The notes beneath the pieces were generated by a model. That model was given only the letters and a program-made list of their open reading frames with translations, did not search any database and was not told the origin of the DNA. Positions 20,015 to 29,438 of a DNA stretch of 64,000 bases are shown one piece after another (within the stretch, counting starts at the first letter, position 1; every line of letters begins with the position of its first letter). Origin of the DNA: an uncultured Chloroflexia bacterium (lineage in GTDB: Bacteria > Chloroflexota > Dehalococcoidia > DSTF01 > JALHUB01); NCBI GenBank assembly GCA_963703345.1, contig OY969814.1, positions 928,001 to 992,000 on the forward strand. Reading direction: 5' to 3'. A program made the translations under genes and the position numbers.

Positions 20015-22093
20015 TTAGCCGGCGGGAGCTAGCTGACGAAGCGCGTCCCCTTTGCCAGCGCAATCGTAGAGGACGCCCTGGTAACCGGAAGGCGCGTTGC
20101 TGACCGCCGTGCAGACGTCCTGGACCGCGGCCACAACCGCGTTAGGTCCCGTCGTTGCTCCAAAGAATCCGTTGGGGAGCGCACCTGCCCCGCCGTTTGC
20201 GGACCGTCCGTCGCGCTGGTTGGGAGGCGCTGCGCCAAACGACCGGCCGGCAAACTCGCCGGAGCCGCTGGTCAGCACGTAGCGAACCGCGTCGGAGCGC
20301 ACCAGGTCAGAGAAGCTGGCGATGGAGATCGCGTTGTCCGTCCCCATGAACCCGCCCATCGCCATCACGGACACGTTGTACTGGGCAATGAGGCGCGACG
20401 CGTTCTGCGAGCTCGTTACCGCCAGTTGCCAGGTCGCCGAGGGGTCGCGATGCGCCTGCAGCCATGCCGCAAGCTGAGCCGCGCCGCTGTCGAATGCCTG
20501 CGAACCGAAGGTGCCGCCGGACGCCCCTTGCTGCGGTCCCGCCTGCGGCAACGTTGTGTTGAGGGATGGGTTCACTGCCGCGCTCACCGACCAGGCCGCC
20601 GGCAGGAGCAGGAGCCCGACCAGGCTCAGGGCCATGCCCGCAACGACGGGAAGTCGACGGAACGCGAGGACGGCGACGACCGCCACTCCGGCAAGCGCGG
20701 TGACGACGGTCAGAGGCCGGACCCAGCCGTAGAAGTCCGGCGTGCGTCCTTCGATGTGTAGCTGCGTCCAGAGCGTCAGGGCAACCAGGCCGATCGCAAT
20801 TAGCAGCCAGCGTCGATCGCGGCGGACGGCTCTTGCCGTCGCGACGGCGCCCACGCCGACTGCTGCTGCAACGCCGGGCGCCAGCGCGGAAGTGTAGTAG
20901 CTGTGGTAGGTCCCCTGCGCATAGGAGAAGACGCCTCCATACAGGAGGACCCAGCCCAGGAACAACGCCGCGAAGGCGCGTCGGACGGGATCGCGACGCC
21001 AGTGCCAGAACGCGACCAGCCCGCCGCCGAGCGCGAACGGCAGCAGCCAGCCGATCTGGCCGCCGTTCGCAGTGTCGAACATTCTCAGCGAGCTGGGAAT
21101 GCCGCCGATGATCCCGCCGGCGCCGCGGAAAGCGCCGAACGCGCCGCCGTTTCCATTACGCGACGGCTGATTCGTCGGCATTTGTGGCTGCCTGCCGGCG
21201 TTGAACACTGGCCCGGCTCGTCCTCCTCCTCCCTGGTTCGCGCCATCGACCCGCCCGAAACCGTTGTAGCCCAGGGCAAGGTCCAGCACGGTATTGTTGG
21301 TGCTGCCGCCGATGTACGGCCGCTGCGACGCCGGCCAGGCATCGACTACAACCATCCAGGAAGCAGAGACGACCAGCGTTACAGCTCCTAGTACCGCCAG
21401 TTGACCCCCCAGCCGTCGAATCGATGTGCGGGAGACGGCCGAAACGCCCACGACGAGGGCCAGCGGGAGCGCCGGTCCCGGAATCCAGCCGTCGAGCATC
21501 TTGATGTTGAAGGCGACACCGGCGAGAAAGCCGGCGAGCGCCGTCCAGGCCCACCAGCGCCGGCTCTCCAGCGATCGCAGCGTCGCGCCCGCCGCGCCGA
21601 TCAGGGCGAGCATGAGGAACGGCTCGGGAAGGTTCAGCCGGTTGACAGCGACCGATATCGGCGTCAGCGCCAGGACCAGGCCGGCTATCGTCGCTGCCAT
21701 CAGGCCGAAGTAGCGGCGCACGATCAGCCATAGCAGCCCCACGCTCGCGATGCCGGCCACGGCGCTGGGAAGAAGGATTGACCAGCTCGAATAGCCGAAG
21801 ACGCGGGCGGAAAGAGCTCCTACCCACAGGAACACGGGCGGCTTGTCGACCGTGATGAACCCGCCCGGATCGTACGAGGCGAAGAAGAAGTTGCGCCAGC
21901 TTTGCGTCATGCTGCGAACGGCGGCGGCGTAGAAAGTGTTGCCGTAGCCGTTGTCGGTCAGATTCCAGACGTAGAGGACCGTAGCCAGGGCGAGAACGCT
22001 GGCCAGCGCCCCCACGTCGAGCGATATCGCCGGAATCCAGGCGGCTTTCTCGACGGCCCGTTTGCGTTCGTATGGTTCGTCTATCGCGGACAT
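20015..22093 (-). CDS. Glycosyltransferase family 39 (YkcB/ArnT-like)
   Basis: NTFYAAAVRSM, ITVDKPP, RPYIGGSTNN, multiple TMs; start approximate. Confidence 0.85.
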   Translation of the reverse strand: MSAIDEPYERKRAVEKAAWIPAISLDVGALASVLALATVLYVWNLTDNGYGNTFYAAAVRSMTQSWRNFFFASYDPGGFITVDKPPVFLWVGALSARVFGYSSWSILLPSAVAGIASVGLLWLIVRRYFGLMAATIAGLVLALTPISVAVNRLNLPEPFLMLALIGAAGATLRSLESRRWWAWTALAGFLAGVAFNIKMLDGWIPGPALPLALVVGVSAVSRTSIRRLGGQLAVLGAVTLVVSASWMVVVDAWPASQRPYIGGSTNNTVLDLALGYNGFGRVDGANQGGGGRAGPVFNAGRQPQMPTNQPSRNGNGGAFGAFRGAGGIIGGIPSSLRMFDTANGGQIGWLLPFALGGGLVAFWHWRRDPVRRAFAALFLGWVLLYGGVFSYAQGTYHSYYTSALAPGVAAAVGVGAVATARAVRRDRRWLLIAIGLVALTLWTQLHIEGRTPDFYGWVRPLTVVTALAGVAVVAVLAFRRLPVVAGMALSLVGLLLLPAAWSVSAAVNPSLNTTLPQAGPQQGASGGTFGSQAFDSGAAQLAAWLQAHRDPSATWQLAVTSSQNASRLIAQYNVSVMAMGGFMGTDNAISIASFSDLVRSDAVRYVLTSGSGEFAGRSFGAAPPNQRDGRSANGGAGALPNGFFGATTGPNAVVAAVQDVCTAVSNAPSGYQGVLYDCAGKGDALRQLAPAG

Positions 22094-22276
22094 AGCTCGA
22101 ATCTCCGCTCGTCGTGTCCCTGCCGGGTTCGATCTCATTATCGCGGGCGACTCTCAGCCAATGTGTTGCGAGATTGTAACGATACGCCGAGTCCGCTGCG
22201 CCTAACATGACTGAGGGTGTATTATCTGCCGGAGGCGGCGCCTCAGACTCGTATCGCCATCGAGGAGGAAATCGCA

Positions 22277-23752
22277 TTGCGGATAAAGACCGGACTAGTC
22301 GTCCCGATTCTCGCGCTTCTTGCCCTCTTCCTTCCCGGCTGCATGTGGGGCGTCGTCCGCGACGCCGGTACTGGTGTCGGCATCGAGGGCGCGACGGTAT
22401 CGTACACCGATTCGCAAGGCAACACGGGCTCGACGACGAGCACGACCTTCGGCCTCTACCTCCTCAACGCTTCGACGGGCTTCCCGGTAATCGGGTCGTC
22501 GCAGTTCGACGTCAGCGCTCCCGGTTACTCGACGCTCACAACTACCCGATCCGTCCTCTACGACGACAACCCCAACGCCACGCTGGCCGACCTGTCGAGC
22601 TTCTGGGAAGTGCAGTCCTTCGATCTCAATGTGGGAAACGGGGCGGGAATCATCAATAGTCTCGCCAGCGGCCTTCATTTCCCGGTCGGCGCCGTATATG
22701 ACAGCCATGGCAACCTCTACTTCAGCGAACGCGACACTTGCAGCGTGCGCAGGATAGGCGCCAGCAGCGGCAGGATCACGACCGTCGCCGGCGACGGGAC
22801 CTGCGGCTTCTCCGGCGACGGCGGTCCCGCGACTGACGCCGAACTGGCCGACCCCAGCGGCCTCGCCATCGCGCCCAACGGCGATATCGCCATCGCCGAC
22901 ACCACCAACTGCCGTGTGCGTCGGGTCAACATGGCCACGGGCACTATTAGCACGGTCGCCGGCAACGGTACCTGCGGCTTCAGCGGCGACGGCGGCGACG
23001 TCACGCTCGCCCAGATCGCGCTTTCCGCTGCCGCCGTTCCCAGCTTGTTCGTCTGGTCGGACGTCGCCTTCGATTCCGGCGGCAACCTTTACATCGCCGA
23101 TATCTTCAACTGCCGCATCCGCGAAGTTGCGGGCGGCACGATCTCGACGATCGCCGGCTCGGGTGCCACGGGTTTCACTTGCGGCGCCTTCTCCGGCGAC
23201 GGCGGCCCGGCCACCAGCGCCCGCCTCGACCAGCCAAGCGGCGTCGCCGTCAACGCCGACGGCGACGTGTTCATCGGCGAGCTGGGCGGCTGCCGGGTGC
23301 GCAAGGTCTTGCATAATCGCGCCCACATGATTCAGACGATTGCCGGCGGCGCCATTTGCGCGTCGTCGGGTGACGGCGGTCCTGCAGCGGATGCCGGCCT
23401 CGCCAACGTCCGCGGCCTTGCCCTCGACGCTGCGGACAACGTCTACATCTCCCAATTCCGCTTCAACACCAGCGACCCAACGCAAATGCTCGACTGCGAA
23501 GTGCGCAAGATCGACGAGAATGACGGAAAAATCAGGCGTGTCGCGGGCAACGGCGCCTGCGGCGCCAGCGGCGATGGCGGCGCGGCGATAACGGCGCAGA
23601 TCAACGTGCCGGGCGACGTCGCGCTGGCCTGCAACGGCGACGTCGCCTTCACCGACGCGCTGGATGGCCGCGTCCGCGTGGTGAAGGACGTCAACGACGG
23701 TGGCCCGGCGCCTGACGCCGACGGCAACGGCACCGGCGACATCTGCGAATAG
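22277..23752 (+). CDS. Secreted NHL-repeat (teneurin-like) beta-propeller lipoprotein
   Basis: GAGGAGG RBS + TTG; LPGC lipobox; repeated GFSGDGGPAT..L..P.G and GNLYIAD; C-terminal DADGNGTGDIC. Confidence 0.85.
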   Translation: MRIKTGLVVPILALLALFLPGCMWGVVRDAGTGVGIEGATVSYTDSQGNTGSTTSTTFGLYLLNASTGFPVIGSSQFDVSAPGYSTLTTTRSVLYDDNPNATLADLSSFWEVQSFDLNVGNGAGIINSLASGLHFPVGAVYDSHGNLYFSERDTCSVRRIGASSGRITTVAGDGTCGFSGDGGPATDAELADPSGLAIAPNGDIAIADTTNCRVRRVNMATGTISTVAGNGTCGFSGDGGDVTLAQIALSAAAVPSLFVWSDVAFDSGGNLYIADIFNCRIREVAGGTISTIAGSGATGFTCGAFSGDGGPATSARLDQPSGVAVNADGDVFIGELGGCRVRKVLHNRAHMIQTIAGGAICASSGDGGPAADAGLANVRGLALDAADNVYISQFRFNTSDPTQMLDCEVRKIDENDGKIRRVAGNGACGASGDGGAAITAQINVPGDVALACNGDVAFTDALDGRVRVVKDVNDGGPAPDADGNGTGDICE

Positions 23753-23919
23753 GCTTTCCTTGTCCTGTCCCCCGACCCCTTTGCCTCCTTCGGGCTTCGA
23801 TGCTAAGATGAGCGCACGTCAGAGCGATTCGAGGACAAGCGTTGCCTCTATTGACTGCCTCCGACGACATGACAAACGTCGCTCTAACCCCGCAACGGAT
23901 AGGGAAGGGGGTGAAGCCA

Positions 23920-24024
23920 ATGACCTCATTGCGCGGCTTCACCTGAGTCTGCCCGGACGTGGCACAGGTTCTGCGCCCGTCATCGCTCACGCCGCACCCT
24001 GTCCGTAGGCCTCACTCCCGCTAA
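23920..24024 (+). CDS. Putative Sec-containing leader peptide MTSLRGFT-U-VCPDVAQVLRPSSLTPHPVRRPHSR (34 aa)
   Basis: Strong SD AAGGGGGTGA, ATG 23920, in-frame TGA 23944-23946, SECIS-like hairpin, TAA 24022-24024. Confidence 0.6.
23956..23981 (+). promoter_or_regulatory. Putative bacterial SECIS hairpin of the leader ORF
   Basis: GACG(T)GGC-A-CAG-GTT-CTG-C-GCC-CGTC: bulged U, one A.C mismatch, GUU loop at +22..+24 after TGA, the same geometry as in hydA. Confidence 0.65.
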
Positions 24025-24170
24025 CCTCCCGCTTCCCAGGGTCGGTCGAGCCACTTAGCGAGACAGCCTGCTCTCACTGGGTTGAGCGCTGCTGTCCAGC
24101 GCGGCACTGTCACGCTCCGGCAAGAACGCCATCCATCCGCTTCCAGCATTCGCTATTAAGGAGGATTATC

Positions 24171-25445
24171 GTGGTCGATTATCGAGAAATGTGGTCGGGT
24201 CTCGGCCTTAACCTGCAAAGGCACGATGAGCTGCTCGCCGGCCTCTCGGCCATGTACGGCGAGATGTTCCTCAGTCAGCGCGCGCGTCCCAAGGCCATGG
24301 ACTACTTCGACTTCGTCGTCAGTGAGATACACGGCCTGAGAGTGAAAGAGCTGGTGGACTATCGCGCGGCCGGCGGCAAGGTCGTCGGGCTCTACTGCGT
24401 GTTCGTCCCGGAGGATGTTGTGCTGGCCGCGAGCGCCGTGCCCATCGGCCTGTGCGCGGGTGCCCAATTCGCCGTCCCCGACGCGGAGGAAGTCCTGCCC
24501 CGCAACAGTTGCCCGCTCGTCAAGTCGTCCTTCGGCTTCAAAGTGAACCGGACCTGCCCTTACATCCAGGCCAGCGACTTCGTCGTCGGGGAGACGACCT
24601 GCGACGGCAAGAAGAAGATGTATGAGTTGCTTTCCGAGCTGCATCCCATGCACGTCATGGAGGTGCCGCAGAAGAAGACGGCGTTCGGCCGCGCGCTCTT
24701 CCTCGATGAGCTGAAGGCGTTCGTGCTTCGGCTGGAGGAAGAGACGGGCCGAAAGATCACCGCCGAGGGACTCGCGAAGGCTACGAGTGTCACCGAGGGC
24801 AAACGCCGCGCCCTGAAGCGCCTACAGGCCGTCCGAAAGGCCCGCCCGGCACCCATCAGCGGCCTCGACGCCCTGCTTATCACCCAGATCGCTTTCTACG
24901 ATGACAATGTTCGCTTCACCGAGAAGGTCAACGTCCTCTGCGACGAGCTGGAGGCCCGCGTCGCTGCGGGAGAGGGCGTGGCGCCGGCGAACGCGCCGCG
25001 CATCCTCGCGAGCGGCAGCCCGATGGCCGTGCCCAACTGGAAGCTCCACCACATCCTGGAGCAGAGCGGCGCCGTCGTCGTCGGCGAGGAGTCATGCACC
25101 GGAACGCGCTACTTCGATCGCCTGACGCCTTCCCACGACGGCACGCTCGACGGTCAGCTTGCGGCCATCGCGGACCGACAGCTCGACGTCCACTGCGCCT
25201 GCTTCACGCCCAACAGCGAGCGGCTGGATGACATCGTCAACCTGGCGCGCGGGTGGTCGGCCGACAGCGTGGTGCACTACGCGCTCCAGTTCTGCCACAC
25301 CTTCGCCAACGAAGCGGTGAAGGTGGAGCGGCGACTGGCGTCGGAAGGAATCCCGCTCCTGCGCATCGAGACCGACTACAGCGACGAGGATATCGGCCCG
25401 CTTCAGACGCGGGTGGACGCGTTCCTGGAGATGATCCGGAGGTGA
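24171..25445 (+). CDS. Double-cubane [8Fe-9S] cluster anaerobic reductase DCCP (2-hydroxyacyl-CoA dehydratase family)
   Basis: N-terminus YREMWSGLGLNLQRHDELL, MDYFDFVVSEIHGLRV, YCVFVPE, GLCAG, RNSCPLVKS, GETTCDGKKK, EESCTG, CACFTPN, FCH, IETDYS. Confidence 0.88.
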   Translation: MVDYREMWSGLGLNLQRHDELLAGLSAMYGEMFLSQRARPKAMDYFDFVVSEIHGLRVKELVDYRAAGGKVVGLYCVFVPEDVVLAASAVPIGLCAGAQFAVPDAEEVLPRNSCPLVKSSFGFKVNRTCPYIQASDFVVGETTCDGKKKMYELLSELHPMHVMEVPQKKTAFGRALFLDELKAFVLRLEEETGRKITAEGLAKATSVTEGKRRALKRLQAVRKARPAPISGLDALLITQIAFYDDNVRFTEKVNVLCDELEARVAAGEGVAPANAPRILASGSPMAVPNWKLHHILEQSGAVVVGEESCTGTRYFDRLTPSHDGTLDGQLAAIADRQLDVHCACFTPNSERLDDIVNLARGWSADSVVHYALQFCHTFANEAVKVERRLASEGIPLLRIETDYSDEDIGPLQTRVDAFLEMIRR

Positions 25446-26203
25446 CTTACGCAGGGCTGGACATCGGGTCGCGCACGATCGTCCTGACCGAGCTGACGGG
25501 CGGATCGGTACGCTCGCGCATCATCGACACGGGTCCCGACCCGTTGGAGCGCTGTCGCCGCCTGCTGGACGGCGCGAGCTATCGTCGCCTTGTCGCCACC
25601 GGCTACGGGCGTCATCTCGCAAAAGGGGTCCTCGCCGATTCCGCTGTCTCTGAGATCACCGCTTATGCCGTCGGCGCGCGTCACCTGTACGCCGACTGCC
25701 ATGCGGTGGTCGACGTCGGCGGCCAGGACTGCAAGGTCGCGCTCATGGCGAGCGACGGGACGGTGCAGAAATTCGAGATGAACGACCGCTGCGCCGCCGG
25801 CACGGGCCGCTTCCTTGAGGTGATGGCGCGGGCGCTGGACGTGGACATCGCTTCCCTCGGCGGGCTGGCGCTCGGAGCCACGACGAAGGTTGCGATAAGC
25901 AGCCTCTGCACCGTCTTCGCCGAGTCGGAAGTCGTCTCCCTCATCGCCCGTGGCGAGGACAGCGCCGCGATTGCCCTCGGGCTGCACGAGTCTATCGCCC
26001 AACGAATCGGCGGCATGTGCCGAAGGGTTGGGATAAGGGACCGAGTCATTTTCGCCGGCGGGGGCGCGCTGAACGTGTGCCTGCGGGAGCTGCTGGGACG
26101 CAGGCTCGGCGTCGAGCTGACCGTGCCGGACGAGCCGCAGGCGGTCGGAGCGCTGGGGGCGGCCCTAATCGCTAAGGCGCAGGACGGCCGGGAAGGCGGC
26201 TGA
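25442..26203 (+). CDS. ATP-dependent activator/reductase (DCCP-R, HgdC-type ASKHA ATPase)
   Basis: GLDIGS, ATGYGR, DVGGQDCK, MNDRCAAGTGRFLE, CTVFAESEV; GTG overlaps the DCCP stop. Confidence 0.92.
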   Translation: MTYAGLDIGSRTIVLTELTGGSVRSRIIDTGPDPLERCRRLLDGASYRRLVATGYGRHLAKGVLADSAVSEITAYAVGARHLYADCHAVVDVGGQDCKVALMASDGTVQKFEMNDRCAAGTGRFLEVMARALDVDIASLGGLALGATTKVAISSLCTVFAESEVVSLIARGEDSAAIALGLHESIAQRIGGMCRRVGIRDRVIFAGGGALNVCLRELLGRRLGVELTVPDEPQAVGALGAALIAKAQDGREGG

Positions 26204-26205
26204 AC

Positions 26206-26487
26206 TCAGGACCGGGCGACACCGGCCTCGGAGAGCAGGACTCGCGCCTTGTCCGTGAGCTGCCAGATGGTCGGGCCGGACGCTTCGTCGCAGGCTGGTG
26301 TGCGCATCGAGCAGCGGGCGCAGACGCTCGACGCCGCGCGGGAGGCGCAGCTCAGGTAGCCCTCGCTGCCGAGTCGCGCCAGCAGGTCGCCGACCAGCGG
26401 CGACGGGACGTTCAGTTCGCGTGCCAGCGTCTCGCTGGACCACGTCCGGTCGCCGTCGGCAAGGAGCGCGAGCAATCGCTTGAGCAT
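26206..26487 (-). CDS. feoC: FeoC-like winged-helix protein
   Basis: Follows feoB; HTH plus C...CxxC...C cluster motif. Confidence 0.7.
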   Translation of the reverse strand: MLKRLLALLADGDRTWSSETLARELNVPSPLVGDLLARLGSEGYLSCASRAASSVCARCSMRTPACDEASGPTIWQLTDKARVLLSEAGVARS

Positions 26488-26489
26488 CG

Positions 26490-28493
26490 TCAGACTCCCA
26501 GGCCGAAAAGGCGCGCCGTCTGGTAGATCGCTATCGCGACGCCGAACGACACGACGAGCATGTAGCCCACCGCGAAGCCCGTCCAACGCCAGCTTCGCGT
26601 CTCACGGTAGAGCGTCACGGTGGACGCGGCGCAAGGGATGAACAGCATCTGCAGGGCGATGAAGGCCAGCGCCGCGGCCGGCGTCATGATGCCGGTCAGC
26701 GAAGTGCGCAGCGCGGAGTCGCCGTTGGCGCCGAGGAGGACGCCGAAGGTGGCGATGGTCTGCTCCTTGGCGACGAAGCTGGTGAGCAGGGCGACCATCG
26801 CCCGCCAGTCCAGCCCCATCATGCCGCCGATCGGCGCCAACCCCCGCCCGATGTGGCCGAGGAAGCTCGCCTCGATGCCGCTGCCGGGGAAGGTGGCAAG
26901 CGCCCACACGACCAGCGACACGGCGAGGATGACGGTGCCGGTCAGCGTAACGAAATGGCGCAGCCGCGTCAGCGTCGTCAGTAGGACGGAGCGCAAGTCG
27001 GGGACGTGATAGCGTGGCAGCTCCATGACGAACGACGACTCGCGTCCTCGAAACAGGAGCCGGCTTATGAGCAGCGCGACAACAGCGAGCACCGCGAGAT
27101 TGACCATCACCATGCCCCAGGCGACGAACGCCGCCGCGCTGCCGAAGAAGGCCGCGGTGAACAGAGCGATCACAACCATGCGCGCCGAGCAGGGCACCAG
27201 CGGCGCGACGAGGATCGTCGTCAGGCGGGCGCTCGGCGATTCGACGATGCGACTGCCGGTGATGGCCGGCACGTTGCATCCCCAGCCCACGAACAGTGGC
27301 AGGAATGACTTGCCGCGCAGGCCGATGAGGTTCATGAACCGGTCCATGACGAACGCGGCCCGCGCCATGTAGCCGACGTCCTCCAGAATGGTCAAGGCGA
27401 AGAAGAGGAGCGCCAGGATAGGAAGAAAGGTGAGCACGGTGCCCACACCGCCGATGACGCCGTCGCTAAGAAGGCTCACGCTCCAGTGCGGCCAGCCAGC
27501 AAGGAGGCTTTGCACTCTCGTTGCGCTCCCGCCCACCAGTTTGTCGTCCAGGAAGCGCTGCATCGGCACTGCGACGCTGAACATCAGCCAGTAGACGCCG
27601 AAGACCACGCCGACGAACGCCAGCACACCGCCGAGCGGATGCATCAGCAGGTGGTCGGCGCGCTTTGCCCAGGACGGCTCGCCCTTCTCGCGGCGCACGG
27701 CCTGATGGTAGACGGCGGCGGCCCAATCATAGCGGGCGCCGGCAATCTCTATCGCCGCGCCGTCGCGATGCCGGAGCACGTCTTCTATACGAAGCCGGAC
27801 GTCGGCCGAGGTCTCGGCTTTGACCGCCTCCGCCAGCGCGCGGTCGCCTTCGAGGAGCTTGACGAGCAACCAGTCGCGCGGATAGGGCAGGCTGAGAGCA
27901 GCGGGAAGGGTCTGGTCGAGGGCGTCGAGAAGGCCTTCCGTGTCGGGCTCCAGCGGCGGGTGAGCGACGGCTGGCGACGCTCCCGCTTCCGCAACGCGCT
28001 CGACGGCTTCGATAAGTTCCGAGATGCCCTTCCCCTGCCTGGCGACCAGCGGGACAACCGGCACAGCCAGCACCGACTCCAGCCGCTCGACGTCGACGCT
28101 GAGGCCGGCCGCCTGCGCGACGTCCATCATATTCAGGGCGATGACGGTGGGAAGGCCCAGCTCCAGGAGCTCGCGGACAAGGTAGAGGTTGCGCTCCAGG
28201 CTCGCAGCGTCAACAACGGCAACCACGACGTCGGGTCTCTCCATCGCCAGGAAATCGCGCGCGGTCTTCTCTTCGACCGAGTTGGCGGACAGGCTGTAGC
28301 TGCCCGGCAGGTCGATGAGCGAAAAGACGGTTCCATTGCGCCGGTGGACGCCGGTCTTTTTCTCTACCGTCTTCCCCGGCCAGTTCCCCGTGTGCTGTCT
28401 GAGGCCTGTCAGGGCGTTGAAGACCGTGCTCTTGCCGGTGTTGGGCGCGCCAGCAAGCGCCACGGTCAGCGTAGAGACCGGCCTGGCGATCAT
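26490..28493 (-). CDS. feoB: Ferrous iron transporter FeoB
   Basis: GAPNTGKST, GNWPGKTVE, DLPGSYSL, NMMD, LEDVGYMARAAF, GCNVPA, PCSAR. Confidence 0.96.
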   Translation of the reverse strand: MIARPVSTLTVALAGAPNTGKSTVFNALTGLRQHTGNWPGKTVEKKTGVHRRNGTVFSLIDLPGSYSLSANSVEEKTARDFLAMERPDVVVAVVDAASLERNLYLVRELLELGLPTVIALNMMDVAQAAGLSVDVERLESVLAVPVVPLVARQGKGISELIEAVERVAEAGASPAVAHPPLEPDTEGLLDALDQTLPAALSLPYPRDWLLVKLLEGDRALAEAVKAETSADVRLRIEDVLRHRDGAAIEIAGARYDWAAAVYHQAVRREKGEPSWAKRADHLLMHPLGGVLAFVGVVFGVYWLMFSVAVPMQRFLDDKLVGGSATRVQSLLAGWPHWSVSLLSDGVIGGVGTVLTFLPILALLFFALTILEDVGYMARAAFVMDRFMNLIGLRGKSFLPLFVGWGCNVPAITGSRIVESPSARLTTILVAPLVPCSARMVVIALFTAAFFGSAAAFVAWGMVMVNLAVLAVVALLISRLLFRGRESSFVMELPRYHVPDLRSVLLTTLTRLRHFVTLTGTVILAVSLVVWALATFPGSGIEASFLGHIGRGLAPIGGMMGLDWRAMVALLTSFVAKEQTIATFGVLLGANGDSALRTSLTGIMTPAAALAFIALQMLFIPCAASTVTLYRETRSWRWTGFAVGYMLVVSFGVAIAIYQTARLFGLGV

Positions 28494-28744
28494 GTTCCCG
28501 ATTCCGATGCCGCTACTGTCAGCCGCATCGATTCGGCGCGACCAAGCGCCAGGCGCACGCCCCGGATCACAACGACCACGGGGCCGCGGCCGGCGTTCCG
28601 TTCCATCTCGATCCTGGTGCCCGGGATGCAGCCGAGCGCCAGACAACGCGCCGTGAACGTCCTTCCGCCCGAAAGACCGACGATCGTCCCCGTTTCGCCC
28701 GGCTTCAGCGATCCCACCGGCATTACGGTTTCAGCCGCTTTCAC
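28490..28744 (-). CDS. feoA: FeoA
   Basis: LKPGETGTI...RCLALGCIPGTRI...GPVVV...LALGR. Confidence 0.85.
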   Translation of the reverse strand: MKAAETVMPVGSLKPGETGTIVGLSGGRTFTARCLALGCIPGTRIEMERNAGRGPVVVVIRGVRLALGRAESMRLTVAASESGT

Positions 28745-29427
28745 TGTGTTGCTCCCAGGTTGGCCGTCGCGTCCGGCAGGCGTTCCACCATAACGCTTCC
28801 TGCCAGGTCGCTGGCCACTTCTTTCAGCTTGCCGTCGACGCGCACCCACACGGAGCCGTCCTCGGCGCTTACGCCTTCGACTTCGACGATGCGGTCGGGC
28901 CGCACGTCCAGGCGGGCGAGGCGTCGCAGGAACTCCGGCGTCTCGTCGTAGATGCGTACGATGCGCGCCGTCCCCGCCGGCTCGAAGCGGCTGAGCGGTA
29001 GGATCTGCGTCGAACTAACATCGTGCTTGCGGCCGGGTATCGCGTGGCCATGCGGGCAGGACGCCAGGTCGCCCAGGAAGTCGACGAGACGTTCCTCAAG
29101 CGCCGGTGACGTGGCGTGCTCCAGCCGGCCCGCTTCGTCGTGAACTTCATCCCAGGAAAAGCCGAGGAAGCGGACGAGGAAGCTCTCCCACAGGCGATGC
29201 CGCCGGATGAGCGAGTTGGCGAGCCGCTGCCCTTCGGGCGTGAGCCGGACCGGACGGCGCGGCACGTGCTCGATCAGTCCTCTGGCGGAGAGCCGTTGCA
29301 GCATCTGCGTTATCGACGGCATGGAGAGGCCAAGCCGCGCCGCCAGGTAGGAGGTGGTGACCTCATCGCCGTGCTCGGCGGCCAGGCCGATTATCTTGAG
29401 GTATTCCTCTGGTCGTTCTTCAATCAT
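28741..29427 (-). CDS. DtxR/IdeR/MntR metal-dependent repressor with FeoA-like domain
   Basis: EEYLK, RRHRLWESFL, HDEAGRLEH, CPHGHAIP. Confidence 0.93.
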   Translation of the reverse strand: MIEERPEEYLKIIGLAAEHGDEVTTSYLAARLGLSMPSITQMLQRLSARGLIEHVPRRPVRLTPEGQRLANSLIRRHRLWESFLVRFLGFSWDEVHDEAGRLEHATSPALEERLVDFLGDLASCPHGHAIPGRKHDVSSTQILPLSRFEPAGTARIVRIYDETPEFLRRLARLDVRPDRIVEVEGVSAEDGSVWVRVDGKLKEVASDLAGSVMVERLPDATANLGATQ

Positions 29428-29438
29428 TGCCGTCTCAT

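Noticed and set aside
23760-24170. Known riboswitch (SAM, cobalamin, Moco) or T-box upstream of DCCP
   Set aside because: No recognisable consensus elements; the uORF plus SECIS model explains the region better.
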